Shown here: positions 48,989-51,671 of the stretch, in pieces
Position numbering within the stretch: the first letter of the stretch is position 1
Layout of the letters: each line of letters opens with the position of its first letter
NCBI GenBank assembly: GCA_964385105.1
Contig: CAYLMU010000002.1
Coordinates: forward strand, 1 to 51,671
DNA from: an uncultured Candidatus Saccharibacteria bacterium
GTDB taxonomy: Bacteria; Patescibacteriota; WWE3; UBA101185; UBA10185
Direction: 5' to 3'
Length of the DNA: 51,671 bases
The notes under the pieces: model-generated
What the model was told of the DNA's origin: nothing
Seen by the model: only the letters and a program-made list of their open reading frames with translations
Databases searched by the model: none
Position numbers and translations under genes: made by a program

Positions 48989-49276
48989 ATGGATGGAGGA
49001 ACAATGTCAAAGAGAACAGCCGATAAGTCGCAAATTTCTGGGGACTATGCCGAGGGAAATTCATCCGCCCTGATGTTGGGCACAGTGATTATTCTTTTGG
49101 TAATATGGGCAATTTTTACGCTCATGGGTCTCACGTATTTGCAGGGGATTAATCCCGCAGAGACGGTGCAGCAGCTAGTTGTGCAAGTAGTCAAAGCAAT
49201 AGCCCTTGGGTTATTTGTAGCATTACCGTCATTTGTCTTTGTACTATGGGTAATATATACATGTGATGAGTGCTAG
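48989..49276 (+). CDS. Small two-TM hypothetical protein
   Basis: Two hydrophobic segments; SD before an internal ATG. Confidence 0.55.
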   Translation: MDGGTMSKRTADKSQISGDYAEGNSSALMLGTVIILLVIWAIFTLMGLTYLQGINPAETVQQLVVQVVKAIALGLFVALPSFVFVLWVIYTCDEC

Positions 49277-49440
49277 GAAATTATGGGAATGGAGTACTGC
49301 TCTTATACTTCATTCCCTTGCTCTATATTCCTTTTTAAACCGCACAAAAAATTAATATTGAACTCCATGCTCAATCAAACTTCCATTAGTTGATTGCAAA
49401 ATCTGGTCACGTATACTTAGGTAACAGACAGGAAGTTTCT

Positions 49441-51030
49441 ATGTTTTATACAAAATACCGACCTCAAAATTTTAGCGAAATATCAAAGCCAAACGATGTA
49501 GCAGCGGCGTTGATGAATCAGGTAAAGAATAACAAAATCGTTCATGCGTACCTTTTTGTAGGTCCAAGAGGTACCGGAAAAACCACTACCGCAAGAATTT
49601 TAGCAAAAGCACTAAATTGTACAAACATAAGTAAAGAAGGGGATCCCTGCGGAAAATGTGAAAATTGTGTGTCTATTCAAAAGGGGTCTTTTATAGATTT
49701 AATAGAAATTGATGCCGCAAGCAACAGGGGAATAGATGATATTAGAGAGCTTAGAGATAAAATAAAACTAGCCCCGTCGGTCGGCAAAAGCAAAGTTTAC
49801 ATTATTGATGAGGTACACATGCTTACAACCGAAGCATTTAATGCCTTATTGAAGACCCTCGAAGAACCTCCTTTACATGCCCACTTTATACTGTGTACGA
49901 CCGAATTTCATAAAGTTCCGGCAACAATTAAGTCACGTTGTCAGGTATTTAAGTTTAAACGCGCTTCCATTGAACAGCTTGTAGAAAAGCTTGAGAGAAT
50001 AAGTAAAGAAGAAAAAGCAAAAAAACTTAAACGTGAAGACTTAGTTAAAATAGCACAGGCATCGCATGGAGGATTTAGAGATGCTGAAACGCTGTTACAA
50101 CAGGTTGTTGAAGGAAATCTAGAACCCGATTCTTTTGTGGGTCTAAGCTCATACAATATATATTCAAATTTTGTAGAAACTCTCACTCAAAAAAACGCTA
50201 AAGAAGCTTTAAAACAGCTAAACACTATTGTGGACGAAGGCCTTGATTTAAACGTGTGGACTCTTGATTTACTACAATATTTGCGTGATTTATTATTTGT
50301 TGGAGCTGGGGCAGAAGATGCTATATTGGATACAACTGATGATCATTTAAATGATTTGCGTAAACTTTCTAAAAAGCTACAACCCGATGAAATTACAGAG
50401 TATATTGAAGTATTTATGGAAGCGTCAAATAAGTTATCGGATTCGGCTATACCTCAATTACCCCTAGAACTTGCTATTGTAAAAATCACGGGCACAGGTG
50501 GTTCTAATAAAAAAGATGTAGTAGAAAAAAAAACTCACAAACCAAAAATTGAAATAACTGTAAAAGAAACAATTATTGAGGAAATCGAAGAAATTGAAGA
50601 GGCAGAAGAGGGTGAAGAAGAAGTTATAATGAGCGAAATAGAAATTGATGTTATTAAAGAAAAGTGGGAAGACGTAATTAAAGGAACAGTATCTTATAAC
50701 CACTCTATAAATGCTCTTTTAAAGTCGTGTCAGCCGTTAAAGATTGACGGGCGCTACTTAATATTAGAAGTTTATTATGCTTTTCATAAAGACAGAATTG
50801 AGGCTCAAAAAAACCGTGAAGTGATTGAGGGTGTTATAAAAGAGGTGATAGGCACGGAACTTTTGCTTAAATGTGAAGTAAATGTTGAGAATAAGCCTAA
50901 AAAGAAAAAAGGAAGCCGAGAAACCGGCGAACTTACCGACCATAACATTATTCCGGCGTTTTTTAATGGTAATGCAGAAGAAGGTGAGTCTAATTTTAGT
51001 GATATTTTTGATGGTGGATTGCCGTTATAA
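49441..51030 (+). CDS. dnaX: DNA polymerase III subunit gamma/tau
   Basis: YTKYRPQNF, GPRGTGKTT, EIDAASNRGIDDIR, IDEVHML, SRCQ. Confidence 0.97.
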   Translation: MFYTKYRPQNFSEISKPNDVAAALMNQVKNNKIVHAYLFVGPRGTGKTTTARILAKALNCTNISKEGDPCGKCENCVSIQKGSFIDLIEIDAASNRGIDDIRELRDKIKLAPSVGKSKVYIIDEVHMLTTEAFNALLKTLEEPPLHAHFILCTTEFHKVPATIKSRCQVFKFKRASIEQLVEKLERISKEEKAKKLKREDLVKIAQASHGGFRDAETLLQQVVEGNLEPDSFVGLSSYNIYSNFVETLTQKNAKEALKQLNTIVDEGLDLNVWTLDLLQYLRDLLFVGAGAEDAILDTTDDHLNDLRKLSKKLQPDEITEYIEVFMEASNKLSDSAIPQLPLELAIVKITGTGGSNKKDVVEKKTHKPKIEITVKETIIEEIEEIEEAEEGEEEVIMSEIEIDVIKEKWEDVIKGTVSYNHSINALLKSCQPLKIDGRYLILEVYYAFHKDRIEAQKNREVIEGVIKEVIGTELLLKCEVNVENKPKKKKGSRETGELTDHNIIPAFFNGNAEEGESNFSDIFDGGLPL

Positions 51031-51040
51031 TATGTGAGCA

Positions 51041-51671
51041 ATGAAACTACCAAGGCCTATTTCAAATTTAATAAACAATTTTGAACGTTTGCCGGGCATT
51101 GGGCCAAAAACGGCACAAAGGTTAACTTTTTATTTACTGAGGTTTCCACAGGATGAGCTTGAGAAATTTGCTGAAGCTTTAATTAAACTTAAAGCTGATA
51201 CAAAAATATGTTCAATTTGTAGAAATGTTGGTGAAACTGACCCGTGTGAAATATGTTCGGACGATTCACGAGATAAAAACCTTATTGCGGTAGTAGCAAG
51301 CCCCTTGGATGTATTTGCACTTGAGAGAGCGGGTTTTAAAGGGTTATATCATGTTCTTCACGGATTGATAGACCCTTTAAATAATATTGGCCCTGAAGAA
51401 ATATATGTTGATGATATTTTAAAAAGGGTTAAATCCGTTTCTAATACTTCTGATTGGGTAGACTATACTTCAAACGATAGCTCAACCGGTAAATACGAAA
51501 TTGTACTGGCTACAAATTCAAGCATGGAGGGGGAATCAACTGCTATGTATATACAAAAGTTAATCAGAGATAACGGATTAGACCCTGACAAAGTAAAAAT
51601 TACAAGAATTGCAAGAGGTTTACCGGTGGGTGGTGACATTGAATACGCTGATGACATTACTTTATTTAGAG
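51041..51671 (+). CDS. recR: Recombination protein RecR (runs off window end)
   Basis: Manual translation MKLPRPISNLI..LPGIGPKTAQRL..CSIC..CEIC..YHVLHG..LATNSSMEGESTA..RIARGLPVGGDIEYAD. Confidence 0.95.
   Translation, partial: MKLPRPISNLINNFERLPGIGPKTAQRLTFYLLRFPQDELEKFAEALIKLKADTKICSICRNVGETDPCEICSDDSRDKNLIAVVASPLDVFALERAGFKGLYHVLHGLIDPLNNIGPEEIYVDDILKRVKSVSNTSDWVDYTSNDSSTGKYEIVLATNSSMEGESTAMYIQKLIRDNGLDPDKVKITRIARGLPVGGDIEYADDITLFR

Noticed and set aside
39716-51657. Many short opposite-strand ORFs over topA, rpsB, frr, rseP, dnaX and recR
   Set aside because: Antisense shadows of well-supported housekeeping genes

Overview
AT-rich bacterial chromosome segment, genetic code 11. The streamlined housekeeping genes (149-aa EF-Ts, short YbeY, no pyrH between tsf and frr) suggest Patescibacteria/CPR, possibly Microgenomates/WWE3-like; this placement is an inference. 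Left end (1-10.7 kb): a >1500-aa membrane-anchored, repeat-rich surface protein with an N-terminal HTH runs off the window. It sits head-to-head with a divergent F1-type ATPase operon (c-like, b, delta, alpha, gamma, beta, epsilon) that has no subunit a, and whose only c-like hairpin has no acidic residue. Next come rplA-rplK-nusG-secE, a site-2 protease, 6S RNA, folD, an MFS-like permease, a large methyltransferase and a TrmB regulator. The region 19.8-31.4 kb is only about half coding: small same-strand orphan genes with strong SD sites are separated by long, heavily base-paired spacers. It includes a 143-nt tmRNA-like RNA with an intact alanyl tRNA-like domain and pk1 but no normal mRNA-like domain. 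The right side holds a D-Ala-D-Ala-ligase-like gene with an internal TGA, four tRNAs with a BrnT/BrnA-type TA pair inside the cluster, and housekeeping genes (rpmB, fmt, def, topA, thyA, dcd, rpsB, tsf, frr, rseP, HIT, rpsU, yqeY, ybeY, pth, dnaX, recR). The best candidates for undescribed systems are the a-less, acid-less F1-like motor next to the giant fibre gene, and the mini-tmRNA/structured-RNA island. Everything was read by eye; no database search or folding program was run.
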